Of a stretch of 50,665 nt of DNA, positions 26,262 through 34,978 are shown piece by piece. The translations under genes and the position numbers were made by a program. The DNA is from Candidatus Iainarchaeum sp. (GTDB lineage Archaea > Iainarchaeota > Iainarchaeia > Iainarchaeales > Iainarchaeaceae): positions 1 to 50,665 of the forward strand of contig JBDRLP010000044.1 in assembly GCA_043812975.1 (NCBI GenBank). Direction: 5' to 3'. The number at the start of each line of letters is the position of its first letter. The stretch's first letter is position 1. The notes beneath the pieces are model-generated. The model worked only from the letters and a program-made list of their open reading frames with translations, ran no database searches and was not told the DNA's origin.

Positions 26262-27230
26262 TTAAACCTTTTGTTTCCTAATTTTATTAATCCTGTATCT
26301 TACGCTTGGAATGTAAAGTATGAAGTATAGTGCTGCGAATGCCAGTATTCCTGCAAGGGCTGCGTCGAAGTAGTTGAATATTGCTGCTGTTTCAATGAAT
26401 GCTGCGATGAACAAAGTTATTGTTGCTAAAAACAACAAAAGACAAGTGTCAATTGAAACTATTCTCAGTTCGTGCTTCTGGAATTTCTTTTTGGAAATTG
26501 CTGCGGAAATTATTCCCCCTATAATTGCTGCTATGAAGTAAGCCATTATTTCAGGAATACCGTGAGGTAAATAACCTAAAGCTCTTAAGATTCCTGCATC
26601 AAGGCTTTTTGCAGTTATTTCCATTGCTAAAAATAACCCTATTACTGATGCGTTCCATCCTAAAAGAAAAATAGCTCCTGCTCCCCAGATTAAAGAAAAA
26701 ATAATCGCAAGACTCATGACCCACGCATTGTTTACAAAAATGAGTTCAAAGCATGCTCCAAAACTTTTACTATCTTCATTGAAGCATTCTGTTTCTCCGA
26801 TTACTTTTCCTGTTATTTTTCCATGCACTTTGTATTGTTCTAAAAACACATCCTGTTTTGCGGGCAAAAAACAACCCAATCCTGTGCAATCATCATTGGT
26901 TTCAGGCAGGGCTACTCCCCAAAAAGTGTAAGCTACAATCATGCCGATAAAAATCCAGCTGTAAATATGAATAACATCAAAATGGGTTGCTATAAATGCG
27001 AAAGGAACATCTTTTTCATCAACTTCCTGAATTTCCTCTTTTTTGAACATATTATGCATCAGGGGCATAAAAACAACAGTTACAAAGGCTATTGTGAGAA
27101 CTGCGCTACTGGAAGGGAACAATTTGTGAGTGGCAAACATGGCGATTGTGGTCACTATAAATGCCGTAAAAAACAGAGCTACGGGGTGTTTTTCAGCGAG
27201 GTTTAAACTTGTGATAGATTCTAGTACCAT
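26262..27230 (-). CDS. SpoIIM-family (stage II sporulation protein M-like) membrane protein
   Basis: IFVNN, WNASVIG, LPHGIPEI, AAFIE. Confidence 0.85.
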   Translation of the reverse strand: MVLESITSLNLAEKHPVALFFTAFIVTTIAMFATHKLFPSSSAVLTIAFVTVVFMPLMHNMFKKEEIQEVDEKDVPFAFIATHFDVIHIYSWIFIGMIVAYTFWGVALPETNDDCTGLGCFLPAKQDVFLEQYKVHGKITGKVIGETECFNEDSKSFGACFELIFVNNAWVMSLAIIFSLIWGAGAIFLLGWNASVIGLFLAMEITAKSLDAGILRALGYLPHGIPEIMAYFIAAIIGGIISAAISKKKFQKHELRIVSIDTCLLLFLATITLFIAAFIETAAIFNYFDAALAGILAFAALYFILYIPSVRYRINKIRKQKV

Positions 27231-27314
27231 CTGGTTGAATTAAATCATAGTAATTTATATACATTTCTAAAAGGAAGTTATTCTTGTAATAGAGCTATTT
27301 TTGGAGGATTTCTT

Positions 27315-27881
27315 TTGAAAAAAGACGATTTAGTGGTACCAGGCAATTTTCTTGCTAATGAAGAAGAATTTATGGCAGGTTCTAATGCATTTGAGGACGA
27401 TGAAGGCAATGTTTATGCTGATTCAGTAGGAATAAAAAAGCTTGATTCTGATAACCATGAAGCAAGTGTTGAAAAGTTTTCAAGAAGTGTTAAGATTATT
27501 GAAAGAGGATGCATCATTCATGGAAGAGTTTCCATGGTAAAAACAAGTGCTGTTTTGGTTGAGGTTATCTCTGCTGAGAAAGATGGTGAAAATAGAACAG
27601 TCCACAATAGGAATGCTTCACTTGTAATTTCTAATATTGCTGATGCTTATGTTGATTCAATTGACACAATGTACCGAGTTGGAGATATCATAAGAGCCAG
27701 GGTTTTAGATGTAACTTCTTATAGTATAGAACTTGGCACCAAGGAAGAAGAATTTGGCGTGGTAAAAGCTTACGGAATTAGATCAAGAAAACCTTTGGTT
27801 TTGATTGATAATAAATTAAGAGACACAGTTACAGGCGATGTTGAAGAAAGAAAAATTTCCAGTTTATATGCTTTGAGGTGA
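27315..27881 (+). CDS. csl4: Exosome RNA-binding subunit Csl4
   Basis: VVPG..LA.EEEF, S1 domain (GDIIRARV), GVVKA...ERKIS; adjacent to rpoL. Confidence 0.9.
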   Translation: MKKDDLVVPGNFLANEEEFMAGSNAFEDDEGNVYADSVGIKKLDSDNHEASVEKFSRSVKIIERGCIIHGRVSMVKTSAVLVEVISAEKDGENRTVHNRNASLVISNIADAYVDSIDTMYRVGDIIRARVLDVTSYSIELGTKEEEFGVVKAYGIRSRKPLVLIDNKLRDTVTGDVEERKISSLYALR

Positions 27882-28162
27882 GTTTGATGAAGATAAATGT
27901 AATAAAAAGTGAAAAAGATTATGCTGAATTTTTTTTGGAAGGTGAAAAACATAGTTTTCCTAACCTTTTGAAACAGAAATTGTTGGACAACTCTGCAGTT
28001 GAGTTTGTTTCATATATTTTGGAACACCCATCTGACAAAAATGCAAAGTTTGTCATAAAAACAAAAGGAAAAAGTCCAAAGAAAGTTTTGGAAGATGCTT
28101 CAAAGGAAATAGAAAAAGACCTGGACGAATTCCAGAAAAGCATTAAAAAAACAGTAAAATAA
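27878..28162 (+). CDS. rpoL: RNA polymerase subunit L (Rpo11)
   Basis: GEKHSFPNLL..L...VEFVSY..EHP; probable start ATG 27887. Confidence 0.92.
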   Translation: MSLMKINVIKSEKDYAEFFLEGEKHSFPNLLKQKLLDNSAVEFVSYILEHPSDKNAKFVIKTKGKSPKKVLEDASKEIEKDLDEFQKSIKKTVK

Positions 28163-28200
28163 AGGAAAAAACTTAAATAGTTTCACCTTACTTTCTCTTC

Positions 28201-29121
28201 ATGCTTAAAGAACTAAAAGAAAAACTAAAATGGTTAGACCCATTTACTTACATCGATCTTTTTCTGTTACCAAAAATAAATGCTCTTGACAAAAATCTTC
28301 AGTGGGGAGTATTCATTTCAAGTTACGTGCTTCTTGCTTTGCTGGTGTCAATAGTATTTGGTTTTTCAACAACCATAATTGGTCTTCTAGGAATAGTTTA
28401 CATTTATCTTTTCTTTTTTGAAAAAGAAGAAGCAATTACTCTTTCAGTTTACCTTGTTTCTGCTTTTATATTTGCATTTGTTCTTTACAATTTTGTGCTG
28501 GCGTTTTTGTTAGGTACTAATGCGCCTTTAGTAATCGTTTTTTCAGGTTCAATGGAACCAATTCTTTATCGAGGAGACATAGTAATATTAACCGGCGCAG
28601 GTTCTTTGCAATTAGCTGAAGCCGAAGTTGATTTTCCAGTAAAAGAAAAATTACTCAATGAATATGCGGTAATAGGAAAGCGGATTAATAATTCCGGAGT
28701 AAAAAGAGATGCTTCCATAAAAATCGGTTCCGCTGAATTTGAGTTTGATGAAGATGGTCCAATAGTGGTTTACTTTTCACCTCTTCGAAATCAGGATATA
28801 ATCCATAGGGCTGTGTTAAAAATCAAGGCTCCTGATGGAGAATTCCTCTTAACAATGGGTGATAATAACAACAGATTAGACCAAGACTGCAGTTCCAATG
28901 GAATTGATTGTATTATTCTTAATCCTGTTCCTGTGGAAGACCTAAGAGGAAAATACTTGTTCCACTTGCCTTTAGTGGGACACATAAAACTTATTATTTT
29001 TGATGACATCCCCTGGGTTTTCAACTGCATAGGCATATCCCAAAAAGGTACTTTTTCTCTTGATAAGTGCGTAACCACTTTTGAGCCTACAGATAGATTG
29101 CTCATTGCCCAATCCGGGTGA
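28201..29121 (+). CDS. Signal peptidase I (Sec11 type)
   Basis: SGSMEP..YRGD, IIHR, GDNN; several N-terminal TM helices. Confidence 0.88.
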   Translation: MLKELKEKLKWLDPFTYIDLFLLPKINALDKNLQWGVFISSYVLLALLVSIVFGFSTTIIGLLGIVYIYLFFFEKEEAITLSVYLVSAFIFAFVLYNFVLAFLLGTNAPLVIVFSGSMEPILYRGDIVILTGAGSLQLAEAEVDFPVKEKLLNEYAVIGKRINNSGVKRDASIKIGSAEFEFDEDGPIVVYFSPLRNQDIIHRAVLKIKAPDGEFLLTMGDNNNRLDQDCSSNGIDCIILNPVPVEDLRGKYLFHLPLVGHIKLIIFDDIPWVFNCIGISQKGTFSLDKCVTTFEPTDRLLIAQSG

Positions 29122-29196
29122 CTTTTTTTGAAGACTTCGTTCCTTTACTGGGCTGATTTTTTGAAGACCTCGCTTCCCCTTACGGGGGTGATTTTT
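29119..29196. repeat. Imperfect 35-bp tandem repeat (2 units plus a partial)
   Basis: TGACTTTTTTTGAAGACTTCGTTCCTTTACTGGGC / TGATTTTTTGAAGACCTCGCTTCCCCTTACGGGGG / TGATTTTT. Confidence 0.75.
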
Positions 29197-29230
29197 AATC
29201 CTTTGCCAAGGCAATTACTTAAGTGATAAA

Positions 29231-29977
29231 ATGGAACTAATATTTGAGGATGCAACGGTTTTCAAGAAATTTGTGGACGGAATAGCCGTACTTGTTGATG
29301 AAGCAGAATTCCAAATTGATGAAAACGGTTTAAGCTTAAAAGCAACAGACCATTCTCAGATTTCACTTGTTGATTTTCAGCTTCCTAAAAAAGCTTTCAA
29401 AAAACTTGAAGTGAAAGAACCAACAAGTATTGGGTTAGATCTTAATTATCTGAATCAGGTTATGGCAAGAGCTAAAAGTACTGATTCACTTGAACTTTCA
29501 ATTTCAGAAGACAAGTCAAAGTTAGCAGTCGTGTTTTCAGGAACCTCAAAAAGAAGTTTCAAAATTCCTTTACTTGATATTTCAACCGCTGAATTGCCTT
29601 TACCAAAAATCGATTTTGATGCAGAAATAAAAATCAAAGCTTCTGCTTTATCAGATTCTTTCAAAGATGCTAACTTAATTTCCACACACATATTGATGCT
29701 TGTTGAAAATGATTCTTTCATTATAAGAGCTAACTCAAGCAAGGGAAACCTTGAAAATATTTACAGTAATAAAGACGAGGCAGTTATTTCATTAAAAGCA
29801 ACTGACGAAACAAGAGCAATGTTTCCTTTAGATTATCTTGTCAGTGTTACAAAAGCAACTTCAGCAGATACAGAGGTAACAGTAAAACTGAAAACAAATG
29901 CCCCGGTAGAAATTTCTTATTCTATAGGTGAAGGAAAGTTAGTGTACTTCTTAGCTCCGAGAATTGAAAGTGAGTAG
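29231..29977 (+). CDS. pcn: DNA polymerase sliding clamp PCNA (paralog 1)
   Basis: ATDHSQISLVD, KRSFKIPLLD, C-terminal YFLAPRIE. Confidence 0.95.
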   Translation: MELIFEDATVFKKFVDGIAVLVDEAEFQIDENGLSLKATDHSQISLVDFQLPKKAFKKLEVKEPTSIGLDLNYLNQVMARAKSTDSLELSISEDKSKLAVVFSGTSKRSFKIPLLDISTAELPLPKIDFDAEIKIKASALSDSFKDANLISTHILMLVENDSFIIRANSSKGNLENIYSNKDEAVISLKATDETRAMFPLDYLVSVTKATSADTEVTVKLKTNAPVEISYSIGEGKLVYFLAPRIESE

Positions 29978-30226
29978 TTATTTTATAATTTCAAGAGCCA
30001 TCATTCCAAGTGCAAATAATATTAGCATTATGCCGCCTATTTTGAATAATTTTTCATAAATTTTGTCCATTTGTTTGTTTTCTCCAGTAATTTTTCTCCA
30101 TGCTTTAAAACTATAATTCCCATAAAACATTTGTTTGTGAAAGAGCACTGTTACTAATCCTAATATTGCAAACAGCCCCCAAATTACTATTGCTCCAAAT
30201 CCAGTGATTGTTGCCATTTTTTTCAA
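29978..30226 (-). CDS. Small two-helix membrane protein
   Basis: Two hydrophobic segments; overlaps the rpiB stop; start may be ATG 30217. Confidence 0.6.
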   Translation of the reverse strand: MKKMATITGFGAIVIWGLFAILGLVTVLFHKQMFYGNYSFKAWRKITGENKQMDKIYEKLFKIGGIMLILFALGMMALEIIK

Positions 30227-30675
30227 CTCTTCTTTTCCATTTTCGAAATCTTCTTAACCCTATTAACATGCCTTTTTACTTTGCTAGGTTTTGCATCCAG
30301 AAATGCTTTCAGAATTCTTTTAGATTTAGATAAATCATTAGTTCTTCCGCCGATGCAGATAACATTAGCGTCATTGTGTTCGCGCGACATTTTTGCGGTG
30401 TAAGAATCAAAAGGATTAGCTGCCCTTATTCCCTTGACCTTGTTTGCTGAAATACTCATCCCTATTCCGGTTCCGCACACCAGCAGACCATAAGACCCCT
30501 TATCCTTAGCAACTTTCCTAGAGACCTTTTCTGCTATATCCGGATAATCAGCCTTTTCAGTGCCATGAGTCCCAAGATCAACTGTTTCAATGCCCTTTTT
30601 AGCCAAGTATTTCTGTAATGCTTCTTTGGTTTCATACCCCGCATGGTCTGATCCAACGTACATTTTCTTTATCAT
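30223..30675 (-). CDS. rpiB: Ribose-5-phosphate isomerase B
   Basis: GSDHAG, DYPD, CGTGIGMSISANKVKGIRAA, REHNDANV. Confidence 0.96.
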   Translation of the reverse strand: MIKKMYVGSDHAGYETKEALQKYLAKKGIETVDLGTHGTEKADYPDIAEKVSRKVAKDKGSYGLLVCGTGIGMSISANKVKGIRAANPFDSYTAKMSREHNDANVICIGGRTNDLSKSKRILKAFLDAKPSKVKRHVNRVKKISKMEKKS

Positions 30676-30741
30676 ACTTTGGTTTAGATGCCAAAAAGAT
30701 TTAAACCAATATAGTGCATCAATACTTTTTAGGGGTTTAAA

Positions 30742-31464
30742 ATGATTGAATTAAACAAGGTTGATTTTCTGAAATCCGGAATAGAAGCTATTGCTTCATT
30801 TATCCCGGAAGGTAATTTCAGGTTTAATGACAGCGGGATTCACTTCAGGGCTATTGATCCTAGTCAGATAGTTTTGGTGGATTATTTAATCAACAAGAGT
30901 GTTTTTGATTCTTTTTTAATAGAACCGTCTTTTGTAGGAATAAATCTTTCTGAATTAAATAAGATTATTTCAAGGGTAATGCAGAATGATAAGTTAGTTA
31001 TTGATTTGACTGATTCAGAATTCAAAATATATTTCAAAGGAGAACTGGATCGTGCTTTTACTCTTCCCTTGATTGATGTTTCTGAAGATGATTTGAAACT
31101 TCCTGAAGCAAAATATGATGCGGTTGTTGAAATCAATGCAAAAATTTTGAAAGAAGCTCTGAAAGATGCATCGCTGTTCAGTTCAAGTATTGTGCTTAAA
31201 GTTGATGATGGAAAATTTTTTTTGGAATCAAAAGGAACATCAGGGAATGTAAGAGTTGATTCTGCTCATGCAAAAAAAGTAAAAGTAAAATCTGATGCAC
31301 GGGTAACTTCAAAATATTCTCTGACTTATTTACAGAACATTGTTAAGGAAGCAGATCCTGAATCAACAATAAAACTGGAACTTAAAAGTGATTCTGCAAT
31401 GAAAGTAAGTTTCAGTATCGGGAAAAGCGAAATTAAATTTTATTTAGCTCACATGTTGCTGTGA
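30742..31464 (+). CDS. pcn: DNA polymerase sliding clamp PCNA (paralog 2)
   Basis: AIDPSQIVLVD, RAFTLPLID, SKYSLTYL, C-terminal FYLAH. Confidence 0.9.
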   Translation: MIELNKVDFLKSGIEAIASFIPEGNFRFNDSGIHFRAIDPSQIVLVDYLINKSVFDSFLIEPSFVGINLSELNKIISRVMQNDKLVIDLTDSEFKIYFKGELDRAFTLPLIDVSEDDLKLPEAKYDAVVEINAKILKEALKDASLFSSSIVLKVDDGKFFLESKGTSGNVRVDSAHAKKVKVKSDARVTSKYSLTYLQNIVKEADPESTIKLELKSDSAMKVSFSIGKSEIKFYLAHMLL

Positions 31465-31468
31465 TTTA

Positions 31469-32503
31469 ATGTTTTCTGTTGCTGAATTAAGGTTTTCTCA
31501 GAAATATCCTTTTTCTGTTGCTGCAAAAAAAGTTATTGCTCAGTCAGATTTTGCTCTTGATAATGTTCCAGAATCAGTTTTGAACAGAGCCAAAGCAATG
31601 GTGCATGCTGCTTTCATCGATCAAAAATACATGCCGAAAATACAAACGTCTCCTGATCTTTTGAAAAATGAAATACTTGCATTTCCTGCATCAAAAATAT
31701 TGGTTTCTATTATAGGGCGTTACGAACTTTACAGGAAATTTTCTGAGTTATTTTCAAACTCAATTTTCAGAAATCTGGAGGAAGAAAAAAATGAAGTTTT
31801 AATTGATCTTGCTTCAGAACTAAATTTGAGATTTTCGCTTTCTGATAACCCTGATTTTTTTGTAGAGTTAAACGTGCTTGATTATTTGAGGCCTAATCTT
31901 GAAGAGCCTTTTATGAAGCTTGTTAACCGCGAACTAAAAGAAGGAAAAGTGTTCCTTACAAAAAATGATTTTGCAAGGCTAATTTCAATTGTTGTTAGTC
32001 AGGATATAAGAGAATCTCTCCCAGTTCCGATTAAAGGAATTCCAAAATTTTTCAAAACAGCAGCTGAAAGTATTGAGAAGGAATTTTCTCAAAGTATAAG
32101 AAAGAGATTTTCCAAAACAGATTTTGGAAAAGTAGCACCAGAATCTTTTCCGCCGTGTATGTCAAAACTTTATTCCGAATTAGCTCAAGGAATTAATGTG
32201 AATCATTCAGGAAGATTTGCTCTTGCAACTTTTTTGGCGTCGGTAGGAATGGAATCTGAAAAAATAGTCGGAGTATTCAGTAATGCATCTAATTTTAATG
32301 AAAGAACAACTGCTTATCAGGTTGAGCGTATTGCAGGGGTTAAAGGTAAAGGGTACAAATCCCCTAGTTGTGACAAGATGAGGTCTTACAATTTGTGTGT
32401 TTCAAACTGTCCGGTGTCTCATCCGATTATTTTCTATTCAAAAGAAATTTCAAAAACAAATTCTCAAAAAAATTCTGAAGAAAAATCTGAAACAAGTACG
32501 TAA
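31469..32503 (+). CDS. priL: DNA primase large subunit
   Basis: KYPF, FPPCM, HSGRFALATFL, PSC..M...LC...C.V.HP Fe-S domain. Confidence 0.93.
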   Translation: MFSVAELRFSQKYPFSVAAKKVIAQSDFALDNVPESVLNRAKAMVHAAFIDQKYMPKIQTSPDLLKNEILAFPASKILVSIIGRYELYRKFSELFSNSIFRNLEEEKNEVLIDLASELNLRFSLSDNPDFFVELNVLDYLRPNLEEPFMKLVNRELKEGKVFLTKNDFARLISIVVSQDIRESLPVPIKGIPKFFKTAAESIEKEFSQSIRKRFSKTDFGKVAPESFPPCMSKLYSELAQGINVNHSGRFALATFLASVGMESEKIVGVFSNASNFNERTTAYQVERIAGVKGKGYKSPSCDKMRSYNLCVSNCPVSHPIIFYSKEISKTNSQKNSEEKSETST

Positions 32504-32593
32504 TTTTTTCCGTAAAAAAATTTTTGCTAAAAGTTTTTTCAACATTTATATTTTTTTCGTCAAAACATTGAATTTTTTTACTAACAATACGTT

Positions 32594-32684
32594 TTTATAT
32601 TTAAAATCGCATCTAATAAACAAATTCTAGTCAGATTTTTGTAAAAAAATTTCTGAAAAAAAATATTTGACTAAAAAAGGAGGT
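32594..32684 (+). promoter_or_regulatory. TATA box, hairpin 5' UTR and strong SD of the basic-protein gene
   Basis: TTTATAT at 32594; TAGTCAGA...TTTGACTA stem (32628-32673); AGGAGGT at 32678-32684. Confidence 0.55.
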
Positions 32685-32691
32685 AAGGATT

Positions 32692-32910
32692 ATGGTAGCA
32701 AGAAAAAAAGCAGCAGCAAAAAAAACAGTAAAGAGAAAACCTGCTAAAAGAAAGGCAGCTAAGAAAACTGTAGCTAAGAAAGCTCCTGCTAAGAGAAGAA
32801 CTAAGAGGAAGGCAGCAGCTAAGAAAGCTCCTGCTAAAAGAAAAGCAAAGAGAAAGGTAGCTAAGAAAGCTCCTGCTAAGAGAAAAACTAAAAGGAGAAA
32901 AAAGAGGTAA
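32692..32910 (+). CDS. Histone H1-like / protamine-like Lys-Arg-Ala-rich protein
   Basis: 40 of 72 residues are K/R, none acidic; AKKAPAKR x3; strong SD. Confidence 0.85.
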   Translation: MVARKKAAAKKTVKRKPAKRKAAKKTVAKKAPAKRRTKRKAAAKKAPAKRKAKRKVAKKAPAKRKTKRRKKR

Positions 32911-32924
32911 ATTTTTTCGATAGA

Positions 32925-32969
32925 TAAAGGAGTTATTTTTTTGTGATTCCTTTACCTCTTTTTCTTTTT
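32925..32969 (+). terminator. Hairpin plus T-rich terminator
   Basis: TAAAGGAGTTAT...GTGATTCCTTTA stem followed by T tracts. Confidence 0.6.
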
Positions 32970-33007
32970 CTTATATCTTTATTAATTGTTTTCAGCCCAT
33001 CTCATTA

Positions 33008-34228
33008 ATGGGGGTTGAAACTTATTTACGAGGTATTCTCAAGGATTACTATAAATCTGTAGAGGTAACTTCAGTTCCTGATATTAGTTCGCGAGAATTT
33101 GGGGTTGGAGAATTCGGAAAAAAAATTTCCTCACGTCACTTGGCTTTTTCAAATAACAATCAGCTTAATTCTTTTCTGAGAGAAAGAACTCCTTTTTACA
33201 TTTCTTATTCTAATGCTCATTACGAGTTTCCTGATGCAAGGCCTATGGAGAAAAAAAATATGCTCGGTGCTGATTTAATTTATGAATTTGATGCTGATGA
33301 CATTGAAACAGAATGTAAACTTTTGCATGATTCATGGGAATGCAAATCTTGTGATACAAAAGGCAAAGGCAATTTGGAAAGATGCCCAGAATGTAGTTCC
33401 GGTGTTAAGGTTGAAGAATGGGTCTGCCCAGAATGTGTTGGTGAAACAAAAAAACAAACCCAAATACTTTTGAAAATTCTTGAAAATGATTTTTCTTTTA
33501 CTGAAGGAATTTCAATTAACTTTTCAGGTTCAAAAGGATTCCACGTTCATATAAGAGGCGATAATATTCAGTCATTGTCTAAAGCAGCAAGACTTGAGTT
33601 GTTGGATTACATTACTGTAACTAATCTTGACTTGAAATCACTTGGTTTTGTTTATTCTTCAAAGAAAATTTTCCACTGCTCTAAAAAAAGTAAGGCAATG
33701 GGCTGGTCAAAAAAATTACTTGATGGAATTGAAAATATTCTGGTTTCTGGAGATGATTCAAAGTTCGCAGTAATGGGAAAAACAACTGTGTCGAACGCCA
33801 AGAAATTATTAAAAGAAAAACAGAGCATTATAAGTGGTATGGAGCGGGGTTTCTTGTTATCTTTACCCGGTCTTAAAGCGGACAGGTTCTGGGAATCAGT
33901 TCTCAAGTATATTGCTGAGGAACAAACTTTGAATGTTGACAGGCAGACCTCTATTGATATTAACAAAATAATCAGAGTTCCTGATACTATTCATAGTTCG
34001 ACAGGAATGAAGGCAATGGAAGTATCAATGGAAGAACTTCCTGATTTTGATGCTTTGAAAGAAGCGATTGTGTTTTCTGATGAAGAAGTAAGACTTATGA
34101 ATGTATCCACCCCAAAATTTTATGTTAATGGAAACTGGTTTGGTCCTTTTACAAAGGAAGAGGTTTCTTTACCAAAGTATGCTGCATTTTATCTCTTATC
34201 AAGAGGCAATGCGGGATTAGGTGTTTAG
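33008..34228 (+). CDS. priS: DNA primase small (catalytic) subunit
   Basis: SREFG, RHLAF, EFDADD, FSGSKGFHVH, IIRVPDTIHSSTG. Confidence 0.93.
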   Translation: MGVETYLRGILKDYYKSVEVTSVPDISSREFGVGEFGKKISSRHLAFSNNNQLNSFLRERTPFYISYSNAHYEFPDARPMEKKNMLGADLIYEFDADDIETECKLLHDSWECKSCDTKGKGNLERCPECSSGVKVEEWVCPECVGETKKQTQILLKILENDFSFTEGISINFSGSKGFHVHIRGDNIQSLSKAARLELLDYITVTNLDLKSLGFVYSSKKIFHCSKKSKAMGWSKKLLDGIENILVSGDDSKFAVMGKTTVSNAKKLLKEKQSIISGMERGFLLSLPGLKADRFWESVLKYIAEEQTLNVDRQTSIDINKIIRVPDTIHSSTGMKAMEVSMEELPDFDALKEAIVFSDEEVRLMNVSTPKFYVNGNWFGPFTKEEVSLPKYAAFYLLSRGNAGLGV

Positions 34229-34229
34229 A

Positions 34230-34775
34230 ATGGAATTATCGTATGATGAAATCAGAAGAATTCACAGGTTAGAAAAAAATTCTGCAAAACTTGTTCAGGT
34301 TGAACAAGAATTTTTCAATTTTTTAGACGAGTTTATTTTGGGTGAAAAAAAAGAATATTTAGAATCTTTGAAAGATTTTTCATCCACTAAATCAAGGGAC
34401 TTTTCTAATTTAAAAAAAATGATTGAGGAAATATTTGCGCTTAGAGAAAAAAAGATTATGAATCTGGCTCTTGTTGCTTCAAGAACCGATACAAAAGATG
34501 AAACAAATATGGCTACTCAGGAAAAGAAACTTTTTAATGAAATTTTAAAATCACTAAAAAAGCACAATGAAATTTTAGGAGACATCTTCTCAGATAACGG
34601 CTCTACGGCCCAAAAGGAGAAGGATTTAAATAACCTTTCAGTGGAAATTCTTTCAGACATTCCAAGTTTTGTTGGGGCGGATATGAAAGAATACGGTCCT
34701 TTCAAGAAAGGTTCGGTTGAAAAACTTCCTGTGAAAATCGCAAAGCTTTTGGCTGAAAGAAAACTCGCGAGGTAA
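34230..34775 (+). CDS. GINS15 (Gins51) replication factor
   Basis: REKKIMNLA; C-terminal B domain DIPSFVGADMKEYGPF..G; conserved position after priS. Confidence 0.85.
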   Translation: MELSYDEIRRIHRLEKNSAKLVQVEQEFFNFLDEFILGEKKEYLESLKDFSSTKSRDFSNLKKMIEEIFALREKKIMNLALVASRTDTKDETNMATQEKKLFNEILKSLKKHNEILGDIFSDNGSTAQKEKDLNNLSVEILSDIPSFVGADMKEYGPFKKGSVEKLPVKIAKLLAERKLAR

Positions 34776-34779
34776 AATC

Positions 34780-34968
34780 ATGAGTGAATTAATTCCAAAA
34801 CCAAGAACCAAATTTTATCGTTTAAAATGCCCTAGTTGTGGCAATGAACAAAATGTTTTCAATGCAGCATCATCAAAAGTAAGGTGCTTAGTATGTAACA
34901 CTGAATTAGCGGGAACATCCGCATCAAGAATTAAACTTAAAACAAAAATTCTGAAAGAACATGATTAG
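34780..34968 (+). CDS. rps27e: 30S ribosomal protein S27e
   Basis: PKPRTKF..LKCPSCGNEQ.VF...VRCLVC. Confidence 0.95.
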   Translation: MSELIPKPRTKFYRLKCPSCGNEQNVFNAASSKVRCLVCNTELAGTSASRIKLKTKILKEHD

Positions 34969-34978
34969 GTGATTTTAA

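Noticed and set aside
29119-29196. Mini CRISPR array
   Set aside because: Units are adjacent and similar along their whole length, there are no unique spacers, and no cas genes are present
32504-32590. A/T-tract region as a replication origin unwinding element
   Set aside because: No repeated initiator boxes; more simply the priL terminator and upstream promoter region of the basic-protein gene
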